A DNA stretch of 45,359 bases from Promethearchaeia archaeon (GTDB lineage: Archaea; Asgardarchaeota; Lokiarchaeia; Sigyniarchaeales; SOKP01). The notes beneath the pieces were generated by a model. That model was not told where the DNA came from, ran no database searches, and saw nothing but the letters and a program-made list of their open reading frames with translations. How positions within the stretch are numbered: position 1 is the stretch's first letter; the number at the start of each line of letters is the position of its first letter. The stretch is from assembly GCA_046483985.1 (NCBI GenBank), contig JAWOCD010000100.1:1-45359 (forward strand), in the 5' to 3' direction. Made by a program: the position numbers and the translations under genes. Below are positions 7,625-17,419 of this stretch, one piece after another.

Positions 7625-8413
7625 TCAATCAGAAAAAAACTTTTTAAAACATTTGCAGCAAGGAATCCCAATTTCTATAATATTTTGATACTGCGATTTT
7701 CTTTCCATTATTTCTAGTATTTTCTCCTTAAGGATTTTGGTCTCTGGATCCTTCGAAAAATAAAACTTCTTTAAATAATCTTTATGATTCCTTTTTCCGC
7801 AGATAATGCAATTTTGGAAGGTTTCTGCGAACTCCTTAAATTTATCATCTTGCTCAGGTAAAATTAACTCAATTTCATCGAAATTTAACTTGGGGTGTAA
7901 TGTTTGAATTAAAACCCTGTAGATTTCTTTTTTAACAACTTTTAAATGGGGATCCTTGATGGAAGTAAAGAATATATCGCGAAAGTTGTGCTCTTCTAAT
8001 AAATCAAAAATCTCCTCCTCGGTGACGACTTTTTCTAGATCATTTTTGGTGCCTAATAGAATGAGGGGTACATTTCCTACGCTTTCTCTGATAATTTGGA
8101 CCCAATCCTCAACCTGTTTGAAGGAGTTATGATCATTTACATCAAAACAAATGATAGCCCCACATGCACCTTTACAGAAGGTATCATACATAAATTTAAG
8201 CCGTTCGGTAGCTTTTAAATCCCAGATGGTAAACTTATAAGAATCAGTGACTTCTCGATTCTTTTTTTTTAACAGAACTTCGTTTCTTTTGAAGGCCAAC
8301 CCGATATGTTCAAAAGTATTGTCTTGTAAGGGAGAGTCTTCAAACAGAAATGTGGTCTTACCTGATAGAGCTGCTCCACATAAAATCAATTTCAGCTCGA
8401 ATTGTTTAGACAT
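7625..8413 (-). CDS. Rab/Ras-like small GTPase with C-terminal Cys-rich (zinc-binding) domain
   Basis: G1 GAALSGKTT, G3 region IWDLKATERL, GAIICFDV, G4 GTKND, C-terminal CIICGKRNH...IPCCKCF. Confidence 0.88.
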   Translation of the reverse strand: MSKQFELKLILCGAALSGKTTFLFEDSPLQDNTFEHIGLAFKRNEVLLKKKNREVTDSYKFTIWDLKATERLKFMYDTFCKGACGAIICFDVNDHNSFKQVEDWVQIIRESVGNVPLILLGTKNDLEKVVTEEEIFDLLEEHNFRDIFFTSIKDPHLKVVKKEIYRVLIQTLHPKLNFDEIELILPEQDDKFKEFAETFQNCIICGKRNHKDYLKKFYFSKDPETKILKEKILEIMERKSQYQNIIEIGIPCCKCFKKFFSD

Positions 8414-8598
8414 TACAGACCTCTAAATATTTAATTTAGTAAGGGCTATAGTTTATAAATATAATTGATAATATAAAACCATTTATATTATGAATTAAAG
8501 CCAATTTTACTATATCTATTATTTATAGTAATCTTGGATCCGATCATTATCACTCTACGGCTTCTTGTCTATTAGAAGTTTATTAAATGAACATAATC

Positions 8599-9693
8599 TT
8601 AAATTCCACTTACTTTTGTAAGGAATTTGGGGGTATCACAATTCAGATTCTTAATTCGAGCAATTTCCAGAGTTAATAATTGGATTCCCAGAATAGTTAA
8701 AGTGGGTTGCAAATCCTTATAAGTGTTGGGAACTCGGAGTCCAAAATCTATATTCTCAGGAAACTCGTCCGAACTATAAAAACCCAGAATAGTTGCTTTC
8801 TTTTCCTTTATCCTTCTTAAAAGATTGAGAATATTTTTCTTTCGCTTATCTTCTTTTTGGGGTATTATTGCAATAACCCAAGCTTTGGAATCTGCTAAAG
8901 TAATGGGACCATGGGGGAATTCTGCGGTCGAATACGCTTGTCCAAAAATTCGAGCTCCTTCCTTCAACTTAAGCGACGCTTCCATAGCTGCCGCGTAATC
9001 TTGACCCCCTCCTAATATAAAACAAAACTCTGCAAATTTAAAATAATTTGAACAGTCTTTGATCTTTGAATGGAGGTCGGGAAGAATTGTCTCAATTTTT
9101 ACGGGGATTGAATTTAATTCATTCCAAAATTCTTTATATTCGGATTCAGGAATTAAGTTTTTAAAACTAGCCGCTTCAATAGCCAGCATCGCTAAATGAA
9201 CCAGTTGCGAGACATACGTTTTTGTGGCTAAGACACTTTTTTCTTCCCCGGCATCTAAGTCCATGGTAAAGTCACAGATTTTTGCCAATTCGGAGTCTGG
9301 ATTATTCGTGACGCCTATGGTAAGACATCCCTTTCTTTTTCCAATTTTAATGGACTCGATGGTATCTTTTGTTTCACCGCTTTGGGAGAGTCCTATCACG
9401 CAATCTTTTTTGTTTAGGATGGGTTCAATCAAATACTGAAATTCCATTGAATACTCGGTAAAAGTTGGAATTCGCAGTAATTTATTGAACAAATAGGAGA
9501 TTGCAAACCCCGCGTGATAGGACGTTCCAGCTCCAATTAAGTAAATATGCCGTATGTCCCGATTCACAATTTCCTGGCCGATCTTTTGGATGAATTTTTT
9601 TGTCTTTAAAACACGTTTTAAGGTTGCGGGGATTTCGTAGATCTCCTTTTCTGTAATTTTTCCTAATTTCTCGCTATTCTTATCAGTCATCAT
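8599..9693 (-). CDS. Double-SIS-domain phosphosugar isomerase/deaminase (GlmS isomerase domain without glutaminase domain; GlmD-like)
   Basis: GAGTSYHA, SQSGETKDT, GEEKSVLATKTY, EASLKLKE, EFPHGP and C-tail DTPKFLTKV. No N-terminal Cys glutaminase domain. Confidence 0.88.
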   Translation of the reverse strand: MMTDKNSEKLGKITEKEIYEIPATLKRVLKTKKFIQKIGQEIVNRDIRHIYLIGAGTSYHAGFAISYLFNKLLRIPTFTEYSMEFQYLIEPILNKKDCVIGLSQSGETKDTIESIKIGKRKGCLTIGVTNNPDSELAKICDFTMDLDAGEEKSVLATKTYVSQLVHLAMLAIEAASFKNLIPESEYKEFWNELNSIPVKIETILPDLHSKIKDCSNYFKFAEFCFILGGGQDYAAAMEASLKLKEGARIFGQAYSTAEFPHGPITLADSKAWVIAIIPQKEDKRKKNILNLLRRIKEKKATILGFYSSDEFPENIDFGLRVPNTYKDLQPTLTILGIQLLTLEIARIKNLNCDTPKFLTKVSGI

Positions 9694-9777
9694 TATTTCA
9701 ATAATTTAATATAATATATCGTATATATTTCCAATTTAAAAAAATATTTTTATCGTAAAGGCTTTTTATAAATATAG

Positions 9778-10959
9778 ATGTCTAAAGAGATAATAGAACT
9801 TGAAAAGAAATTTCATTCTAAACTTTTTCCGAAGAAGGACTTTGTAATTAAAAAAGGAAAGGGAGCTATACTTTACGATGATGAGGGTAATGAATATATT
9901 GATTGCGTTGCCGGTCATGCGGTCGTAAATATTGGTCATAGTCACCCAAAATATATTGAACGGGTGAAGAACCAAGTAGAAAACTTGGTTATGGTGCCTC
10001 CTGGGTATCCTGTAGAAGAACGTGCGAAATTGTTAGAAAAGTTGGCTGAAATTACACCAAACAACCTTGAGCAAACATTCTTATCAAATAGCGGAACAGA
10101 ATCCGTAGAAGCTGCGATAAAATTAGTATTAGCAAATTATAGGGATGTAGAGAAACCAGAGTTCATAACGTTCAAGAAAGGTTTTCACGGAAGGACACTC
10201 GGATCTTTGGCTTTGACCCATAATATGAGGTACAGAAAACCATTTTTACGGTGGTTAACTCCTAATGTAAAGTTTGCCTCGTTCGGAGACATCGATTCTG
10301 TAAAAGAACTTGTTAATGAGAATACGGTGGCAATCGTAACCGAATTAGTCCAAGGAGAAGGAGGGGTATTTCCTGCCCCAAAAGAGTTTCCAAAGGCTCT
10401 CCGTGAAGTTTGTGATCAGAACGATTTACTGCTCGTAGATGATGAGGTACAGACGGGTTTTGGGAGGACTGGAAAGATGTTTGCGTTTGAACATTATGGG
10501 ATTGTGCCGGATATTGTGTGTATGGCGAAGGCAATCGCTGGTGGCTTGCCAATGGGTGCAACTATTGCATCCGAGGAACTTTACAATAACTATAAAATAG
10601 GAGAGCATAATACAACTTTTGGTGGAAATCCGATTGTCTGTGCGGCGGCTAATGCGGTAATTGAAATAATTCAAGAGGAAAACTTGGTTGAGAATTCAGC
10701 GAAGCAAGGCAAGAAGATTTTGGATGCCCTTGCCGCCCTTGCAGAAGAAAGAAGGATGATTAGAGAATATAGGGGTTTAGGACTGATGATTGGAATTGAT
10801 TACCGGAAACGAGTTAAAGGGATGATAAACGAAGCATTCGAGAAAAAGGTATTACTTTTAAATTCGGGTCTTACCACTATACGATTATTACCTCCCCTCG
10901 TTATAAATGATGACCAAATTGCAAAGCTCCTAAAAGTAATCAAGGAAATTACACCTTAA
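9778..10959 (+). CDS. Class III PLP aminotransferase (ArgD/LysJ-like)
   Basis: NSGTESVEAA, FHGRT, DEVQTGFGRTG, MAKAIAGG (PLP lysine), TTFGGNP. Confidence 0.92.
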   Translation: MSKEIIELEKKFHSKLFPKKDFVIKKGKGAILYDDEGNEYIDCVAGHAVVNIGHSHPKYIERVKNQVENLVMVPPGYPVEERAKLLEKLAEITPNNLEQTFLSNSGTESVEAAIKLVLANYRDVEKPEFITFKKGFHGRTLGSLALTHNMRYRKPFLRWLTPNVKFASFGDIDSVKELVNENTVAIVTELVQGEGGVFPAPKEFPKALREVCDQNDLLLVDDEVQTGFGRTGKMFAFEHYGIVPDIVCMAKAIAGGLPMGATIASEELYNNYKIGEHNTTFGGNPIVCAAANAVIEIIQEENLVENSAKQGKKILDALAALAEERRMIREYRGLGLMIGIDYRKRVKGMINEAFEKKVLLLNSGLTTIRLLPPLVINDDQIAKLLKVIKEITP

Positions 10960-10999
10960 ACTTTTTTAAATCTGTTTTAAGTAACTATTATATAATTAA

Positions 11000-11866
11000 T
11001 TGAGAATAATGACGATTGAAAAAAAATTTGTGGAGAAACTGTATGATGTGGTCTATAAATTATCCGGTATAGCAAAAACCCAATCATATAGATTTCAAAA
11101 GTTATGGGATCAATATTTGAAACCTATTAATGATAAACCTTACCTTGTTCGCCAAATTCCCCTAGAAGAAGAAAAGTTTTTGAATAACATTGATTATAGA
11201 ATTAAGACTCTTAAAACGGTACAAAATGCAATGGCAGACGGGTTTCATTCTATAAAATCATTATTGGAGACTCTCTATAATTCTTATTTTGATTCCGAAC
11301 TCTTTAAAAAGGATTTTTCCGAAGAGGACCAAGTGGTTCTTAAATATCTCGTTGCAAAAAAGGTGCTGGGAGATCTTGTTCAATACAACCAGATGGATCG
11401 AAAATCTGTTCCTCTAAAATATAATATAATGGCAAGAAATTATCTTTTAATCAAACTGAAGGGGCAAAGTGATAAGAAAATCCTGGAGAGTCTCGAAAAA
11501 TTGCGGTTTGAAATTTCGCTGGAGGAAGTCAGAGCAGCTATGGAAGATATCAAATCAGACGGAATTATCTCAATTCAAGAAAAGAAGGGTGAAAAAAGGT
11601 ATAAATTGGAAAAAGAACTTAAATTAACCCCCGAAGGAAAAAAGAAATATAATAGTACACTTAGCCAACTAATCGATTGGCCTACCCAATTTTGGCGAAG
11701 TTTTTATAATATTCGGGAGTTGAATCTTACCCCCAAAAAAAGAACTCCGCTCAGAAGCTTTTTGGAAAAAATTTTACAAAAGACGGCGACTCAAGGATTC
11801 GCTAGTGCACACTATGTGTTTAAAAACTTGGTCAAATATTACAAAGAAATTAAGGAAAGAGCATAA
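11000..11866 (+). CDS. Hypothetical protein (possible winged-helix region)
   Basis: 288-aa ORF with normal coding composition. The start may be ATG 11009. No firm family assignment. Confidence 0.75.
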   Translation: MRIMTIEKKFVEKLYDVVYKLSGIAKTQSYRFQKLWDQYLKPINDKPYLVRQIPLEEEKFLNNIDYRIKTLKTVQNAMADGFHSIKSLLETLYNSYFDSELFKKDFSEEDQVVLKYLVAKKVLGDLVQYNQMDRKSVPLKYNIMARNYLLIKLKGQSDKKILESLEKLRFEISLEEVRAAMEDIKSDGIISIQEKKGEKRYKLEKELKLTPEGKKKYNSTLSQLIDWPTQFWRSFYNIRELNLTPKKRTPLRSFLEKILQKTATQGFASAHYVFKNLVKYYKEIKERA

Positions 11867-12017
11867 TAGAGATTTTTCTTTTTATTCGACTAATTAACAT
11901 TTTTCGGTTGTAGAAGGGTAGTTCTAAAAATTACTAAAGTTCTTATTATACTATTCCTCCATAACAAGATTGTTATATTTTATGTTTAAAACACATCTTC
12001 ATACTATCTTTCAAATT

Positions 12018-12062
12018 AGTAATACTTATTAATAATACTTATTTTAAATCTAGTAATATTTT
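12018..12062. promoter_or_regulatory. Putative operator: tandem 13-bp repeat upstream of the metal ABC operon
   Basis: AGTAATACTTATT (12018-12030), AATAATACTTATT (12031-12043) and AGTAATATTTT (12052-12062) lie just before the ATG at 12078. Confidence 0.35.
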
Positions 12063-12077
12063 AATGGTGTACGAAGA

Positions 12078-13214
12078 ATGGTAAATAAAAAAATTTTGAT
12101 AGCAAGTATCGCCTCGTGTATTCTTATCGGTACGGTGGCTGGTATTGCGATATATAATACTTTTATGAACTCATATCCAAGGACAATCACAGATTCATTG
12201 GGAAGAGAAGTGGATATCCCCGCGGTAGAAGATATTGAAAAACTCGTGGCTGTCCAACCGGGAGCCCTCCGGTTAGTAGTCTATTTAGAGGCGGAGGATA
12301 AGGTCTGTGGAGTAGAGGAGATTGAGAGACAAGAAAGCGCGAGACCTTATACCTATGCAGTTCCGGAATTGTCTGAGTTACCTTGCATAGGTCCGCAATT
12401 TGGAGGGGATCCTGAACTTATTGTGGAGCAAGATCCCGATGTGATTTTTGCAACTTATCAAACTGTTGAGCAAACTGATGAGCTTCAGGAACTCACAAAT
12501 ATTCCCGTTATTGGGCTAGAGTATGGTGATTTAGACGATAATAAAGGTGTATTCTATGACACTTTAAGTATAATGGCAGAAGTTTTGGGCGAGGAAGAAC
12601 GTGCAGATGAGTTAACCCAGTACATTGACGATTTAATCGAAGATCTCGATAACCGAACTAAAGATATAGATGATGCCAATAAAGATTGGGTTTATGTGGG
12701 TGGAATAGGGTATAGAGGGGCTCATGGCCTTGATTCTACGGAAGTCCGATATTCACCTCTAAGATTTATTAACGGCAAAAACACCGCAGAAAATGTATCT
12801 ACTCCCGATGGACATGCGTTTATCGATTATGAACAACTAATTCAGTGGGAAAATGAGACTGAGGTTTTAGATTACATACTCGTCGATGGAGGGGGATATG
12901 ATATGTGTATGCAAGATTTACAGAATGATACGATCGGGGGGGAATTAGACTGTGTTACTGCAAACCCTCCTCGTGTTATAATGACCTTACCCTACAATTG
13001 GTATACCACGAATTTTGCGACCGTTTTTGCCGATGCATACTTTTTGGGAGAAACATTCTTTCCCAACCACTTTAGCGATTTGAATTATACAAACGGTCAA
13101 ATATACGATAATATCTACAAGAGATTCGTTGGAGCAGAAGTGTACGAAGATATGAGTGATTTCTATTATGGTGGATTCCATAATATTTCTCAAACTAATT
13201 TAACTGAATATTAA
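12078..13214 (+). CDS. Iron-chelate/cobalamin-type ABC transporter substrate-binding protein
   Basis: N-terminal hydrophobic anchor, RTITDSLGREVDIP, DPELIVEQDPDVIF (periplasmic binding protein type 2/TroA-like). Confidence 0.92.
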   Translation: MVNKKILIASIASCILIGTVAGIAIYNTFMNSYPRTITDSLGREVDIPAVEDIEKLVAVQPGALRLVVYLEAEDKVCGVEEIERQESARPYTYAVPELSELPCIGPQFGGDPELIVEQDPDVIFATYQTVEQTDELQELTNIPVIGLEYGDLDDNKGVFYDTLSIMAEVLGEEERADELTQYIDDLIEDLDNRTKDIDDANKDWVYVGGIGYRGAHGLDSTEVRYSPLRFINGKNTAENVSTPDGHAFIDYEQLIQWENETEVLDYILVDGGGYDMCMQDLQNDTIGGELDCVTANPPRVIMTLPYNWYTTNFATVFADAYFLGETFFPNHFSDLNYTNGQIYDNIYKRFVGAEVYEDMSDFYYGGFHNISQTNLTEY

Positions 13215-13227
13215 AAGGTCAACGAGT

Positions 13228-14325
13228 ATGGAACAGAAAACAGAAAGATTAAGGAAAAAAGAGGATATAGAAGAAGAATACGAGACCCATGCAAGCAAGA
13301 AGATTAATTTTATTATTTTGACAATTTTTCTAATTTTTAGCGCCATTGTGGTTGGTTTAAGTTTGGGACCCGTGGATATCTCATTTTTCGAAGTGATCCA
13401 GACGTTATTTGGATTTGCCTACAATAAAGCTCACGGACAAATAATTTGGAAGATAAGGATGCCCAGAGTGTTATCGGGGTTGTTTGCCGGCATTGCATTG
13501 AGTTTAGCGGGATGTGTGATGCAATGCATCTTACGGAATCCCTTAGGATCGCCTTTTACCTTGGGAATCTCTCAAGCCGCAGTCTTTGGGGTAGCCTTTG
13601 CGGTTATTATACTCGGAGCGGGAAGTGTACATAGCGCTGCATCAGATGCGGTTCTACTTAATAATCCGTTTATTGTTACGATATCGGCATTTGTAGCTTG
13701 TTTATTATGTACCACTATGATTCTCCTTTTAATCAAATTTAAAAATGCAAGACCAGAAACGCTCATCCTCATGGGTGTTATCCTCGGTTCTCTTTTTAAT
13801 GCCTTAACCATTGGCCTAGAATATTTTGCTGATGAGATCCAATTAGCCTCTATTGTTTTTTGGACATTCGGGGATTTAAGTAGGTCAACTTGGAGTGATT
13901 TTTTTCTTATCATTGCTATTGTGATTCCGGCATTATTATTTTTTATCGGAAATGCATGGAATTATAATGTTTTAAACGCGGGAGATGAAACGGCTGAAAG
14001 TTTGGGCGTAAATACCGAGAGAATAAGAATTTTGGGAATGATTGTTGCATGTTTGACAATTGCAGTTATTGTCTCTTTTTTCGGGATCATCTCTTTTGTG
14101 GGATTGATTGTCCCTCATATCGTTAGAAAAATTATAGGCGGTGATGAAAAGTTTTTAATTCCGGCATCTGCATTATTTGGAGGATTTTTTCTCTTAATTG
14201 CGGACACTCTCGCAAGAACGATTATTTCGCCAATTGTTCTCCCTGTAGGCGTGCTTACTTCGTTTCTTGGAGCGCCGATGTTTTTATATCTATTAATTAA
14301 AAAAGAAGAGAGGGGATTTTGGTAG
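13228..14325 (+). CDS. FecCD/BtuC-family ABC permease
   Basis: IRMPRV, MQCILRNPLGSPFTLGIS, AESLGVN, SFVGLIVPH, LPVGVLTSFLGAP. Confidence 0.95.
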   Translation: MEQKTERLRKKEDIEEEYETHASKKINFIILTIFLIFSAIVVGLSLGPVDISFFEVIQTLFGFAYNKAHGQIIWKIRMPRVLSGLFAGIALSLAGCVMQCILRNPLGSPFTLGISQAAVFGVAFAVIILGAGSVHSAASDAVLLNNPFIVTISAFVACLLCTTMILLLIKFKNARPETLILMGVILGSLFNALTIGLEYFADEIQLASIVFWTFGDLSRSTWSDFFLIIAIVIPALLFFIGNAWNYNVLNAGDETAESLGVNTERIRILGMIVACLTIAVIVSFFGIISFVGLIVPHIVRKIIGGDEKFLIPASALFGGFFLLIADTLARTIISPIVLPVGVLTSFLGAPMFLYLLIKKEERGFW

Positions 14326-15228
14326 ATGATTAAAGTGAAAAATTTAAAATTCGCCTATGAGGAGAATCCAGTATTAAATGATATAAATTTTCAGATTCCA
14401 AGAGGAGAATTTATTGGAGTAGTGGGACCAAATGGCTCTGGAAAAAGCACATTATTAAAGAACATTATTGGGATATTAGAGCCTCAGGAAGGGGAAATTA
14501 TTTTAAATGGAAAAGGGTTAGGCGATTGTTCTGGTCGTGAAATTGCAAAAAAGATTGGTTATGTTCCTCAAAACAACAACCGTATCTTTCCCACTACGGT
14601 ATTCGATACTGTACTGATGGGCAGAAAGCCCTATATTAATTGGATGGAAACTACACATGATAAAAAAATAGTAGCTGAAGCATTAGAATTATTAAATTTA
14701 GGGGAATTTGCTTTACGGCATATTAACGAATTAAGTGGAGGCGAAAGGCAAAAGGTCTTTATTGCACGGGCTTTAGTTCAGCAACCCGAATATTTTATTC
14801 TTGATGAGCCTACAAATAATCTTGATCTAAGACATAAATTAGAAGTTCTAAACATTCTTGAGCAATTTACGGAAATGAATGCCTCTGTAATTGTGGCAAT
14901 CCATGATTTGAATCTTGCCTTGCAATTTTGTAAAAGAATTATTATCTTGAAAAAAGGTAGGATCTTTGCAGATGGAGATAAAAATGTACTCTCCCGAGAG
15001 ACTATTGAAGAAGTTTATGGAGTATCCGTGAATTTTATAGAACGTGCGGATAATTGTGTGATAATCCCTGAATCATCTCTCCATGCTAATAAAATGAATC
15101 TATCTAATCAATTGATCCTCGAAAATCAAAAAAGGGGTCAAACTATGGAGTCTAAGGATTCTAATTCATATGATGGTGATACACAAACCATTTTAAATTA
15201 CTCAGAAATCCAAAATAAAGAAAAATGA
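14326..15228 (+). CDS. FecE/BtuD-family ABC ATP-binding protein
   Basis: GPNGSGKST, LSGGERQKV, LDEPT, IHDLNLA. Confidence 0.95.
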   Translation: MIKVKNLKFAYEENPVLNDINFQIPRGEFIGVVGPNGSGKSTLLKNIIGILEPQEGEIILNGKGLGDCSGREIAKKIGYVPQNNNRIFPTTVFDTVLMGRKPYINWMETTHDKKIVAEALELLNLGEFALRHINELSGGERQKVFIARALVQQPEYFILDEPTNNLDLRHKLEVLNILEQFTEMNASVIVAIHDLNLALQFCKRIIILKKGRIFADGDKNVLSRETIEEVYGVSVNFIERADNCVIIPESSLHANKMNLSNQLILENQKRGQTMESKDSNSYDGDTQTILNYSEIQNKEK

Positions 15229-15274
15229 ATGAAAAATTGATAAAAATTAGAACCAACAATAAAGTGATGAAATT

Positions 15275-16381
15275 ATGATGAAGATGAAATCAATAGGAAC
15301 TGTAAAAAGTAAGTTTTCTGAACCAGTCGATCCCTTTAAGATGAAAAAGCATAAAAGCACCATTATCATCCACGATGAGTTCGAGGAAGGCTTATTCAAG
15401 ATTGAGAATTCTGAATATTTGCAAATTCTATTCTTTTTTCATGAAAGCGAAGAAAAAGAGGACCTTAAAGGACCCACATATAGCGGAGAGGTTCGAGGGG
15501 TGTTTGCATCAAGAAGCCCCCACCGTCCTAATCTTATCGGGTTGACAACCGTGAAATTGTTAAAACGGGAAGAAAATAAACTTATTGTGAAAGGCCTCGA
15601 TGCAATTGATGGAACCCCCGTTATAGATATTAAGCCTTTTGCATTATCGATGGACACAGAAGAAAAAGAACGATTAAAACTTAAGCACGAATTGAAAAAC
15701 CCTCGTCGCAAAATTCTGAAACTTATCCGAGCCCATGATCACAAAACACTATTAAAAGAAGCGGGCGTTCTTCACGGTCATTATTGTCCGGGCTTAGCAC
15801 TTGGAGTAATGGTCGGGGCTCATATGATAAGAGAAATAGGGTGGCGACCTGAGGGTTTAGAACACCTCATCGTCATTACGGAAACGAATAATTGTGCTTT
15901 AGATGGTATTCAATATGTTACTGGCTGTACGTTTGGAAACAACGGGCTTATTTTTCGAGACTTGGGTAAGACTGCATTCACAATTGCTAGCAGAAAAGGA
16001 GAAGGGATTCGCTTATGCGTTAAGAAAAACTTTCAAGAGATGCTCCAAGAGAATTATCCCGAATATTATCAGACCTTCGAGAAAGTAATTATCAATCGGG
16101 AAGGAAATGAGGAGATATTAGCACGATTCAAGAGACTGGGAAGAGATATATCATTTTCCTTGATTCAATACGATGTAACTGACTTGTTTAATATTGAACA
16201 AGTTCAAATAGACATTCCCGAATATGCCCCCATCCATGGAAGTGAAGTTTGCTCAAAATGCGGGGAAAGGACAATGGTTTCCCGGATAGTTAAGGAAGAT
16301 GGTAATTTTTACTGCTTACAATGTTCCAATGCTAATTACAAGGAACTTTCTGGTCACGGAATTGAAAATATTAATAATTAA
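15275..16381 (+). CDS. TsaA/TrmO-like tRNA methyltransferase domain fused to FmdE domain with C-terminal zinc finger
   Basis: N half has GVFASRSPHRPNLIGLT and GLDAIDGTPVIDIKP. C half has HGHYCPG, CALDGIQYVTGCTFGN and CSKCGE...CLQC. Confidence 0.9.
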   Translation: MMKMKSIGTVKSKFSEPVDPFKMKKHKSTIIIHDEFEEGLFKIENSEYLQILFFFHESEEKEDLKGPTYSGEVRGVFASRSPHRPNLIGLTTVKLLKREENKLIVKGLDAIDGTPVIDIKPFALSMDTEEKERLKLKHELKNPRRKILKLIRAHDHKTLLKEAGVLHGHYCPGLALGVMVGAHMIREIGWRPEGLEHLIVITETNNCALDGIQYVTGCTFGNNGLIFRDLGKTAFTIASRKGEGIRLCVKKNFQEMLQENYPEYYQTFEKVIINREGNEEILARFKRLGRDISFSLIQYDVTDLFNIEQVQIDIPEYAPIHGSEVCSKCGERTMVSRIVKEDGNFYCLQCSNANYKELSGHGIENINN

Positions 16382-16507
16382 GAATAAAGAAAAAACTAAA
16401 TATCAAGCCGAGATGTATTGTTAGGAATAAAAAAATACTGGGACGGTAATCTATTAGATTCATAAAACTCTAGATAAAGATCGTAAAATCAAAAAAGTTC
16501 AGTTATT

Positions 16508-17407
16508 TTATTTGAGGTCCTTTGTCTTTCTTATGGGAATATCAAAGTCTTCTAATAAAGGCACAAGGTGGCTTTTATCATCACTCGTGGTTCCCGACCA
16601 ATCAATGCCAAAAAAATCCACCTTTTCTTTATTATGGGCAATCATCTGATCGATCAAGTCTCTGTTTAAATCTTCGAGATAATACTTAGGACAAATAAAG
16701 GAAAAGGCAATATCATCTTTCTTAATACGCTTTTTGAATTGGGGCGCATAATGAGTTCCTCCGAACCCGATTCCCACTTTAATTGAATTTTCCTGGAAAT
16801 CGGAATATTTCAAAATTGCTTCAATAATTGCATCGGCCACCACACGTCCCGCCCCTTCAATCGTCCATTGAGCCTCCGAACTCCCCAATTCCATAAAGAT
16901 TAAGGGCTTCTTTAGTTCAGTAGGACCATGATGGGTGACCTCTAAATCAACTGAAAATTTTTTGAATTTACTTTTTCTTGAACGCTGGATTAATGCTAAA
17001 TAGCCTGCCTTTGAGAGCAAGGCACTTGTGAATGAAATTCGCTTTCCTTTCCCCCCATATTCTGCCTCCTCCGTCCAATTACCAGTAGTATGCGCTAAGA
17101 ATGCTGGCTTACCGCTTTTCGAACGATGTCTGCTGGCAAATATGAGAATATCGGGATCGATATCACTTTTTTCCAATTCTAAGTTGTCTAAAAGGATCAA
17201 AGGAGTATCAGTTAATCCCAACTGAACCTTGGTTTCTTCCAAGAACTCAGTATCTTGCTCTATTATATTCTCTAACTCATATATTGGATAATTATGCCAT
17301 GCTTTTTCTGTTTCTGTAAATTGATAATCCTCGCTATTAAGCAAGTTTTTACGAATATTTATGGAGGCGATATCTTCCTTTGATGTAATTATCAAAAATG
17401 TTGTCAT
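16508..17407 (-). CDS. dtdA: D-aminoacyl-tRNA deacylase (archaeal DTD2/GEK1 type)
   Basis: DIASINI, FASRHRS, HTTGN, EVTHHGPT, FMELGS, GFGGTHYAP. Confidence 0.93.
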   Translation of the reverse strand: MTTFLIITSKEDIASINIRKNLLNSEDYQFTETEKAWHNYPIYELENIIEQDTEFLEETKVQLGLTDTPLILLDNLELEKSDIDPDILIFASRHRSKSGKPAFLAHTTGNWTEEAEYGGKGKRISFTSALLSKAGYLALIQRSRKSKFKKFSVDLEVTHHGPTELKKPLIFMELGSSEAQWTIEGAGRVVADAIIEAILKYSDFQENSIKVGIGFGGTHYAPQFKKRIKKDDIAFSFICPKYYLEDLNRDLIDQMIAHNKEKVDFFGIDWSGTTSDDKSHLVPLLEDFDIPIRKTKDLK

Positions 17408-17419
17408 TTTATTTGAACC

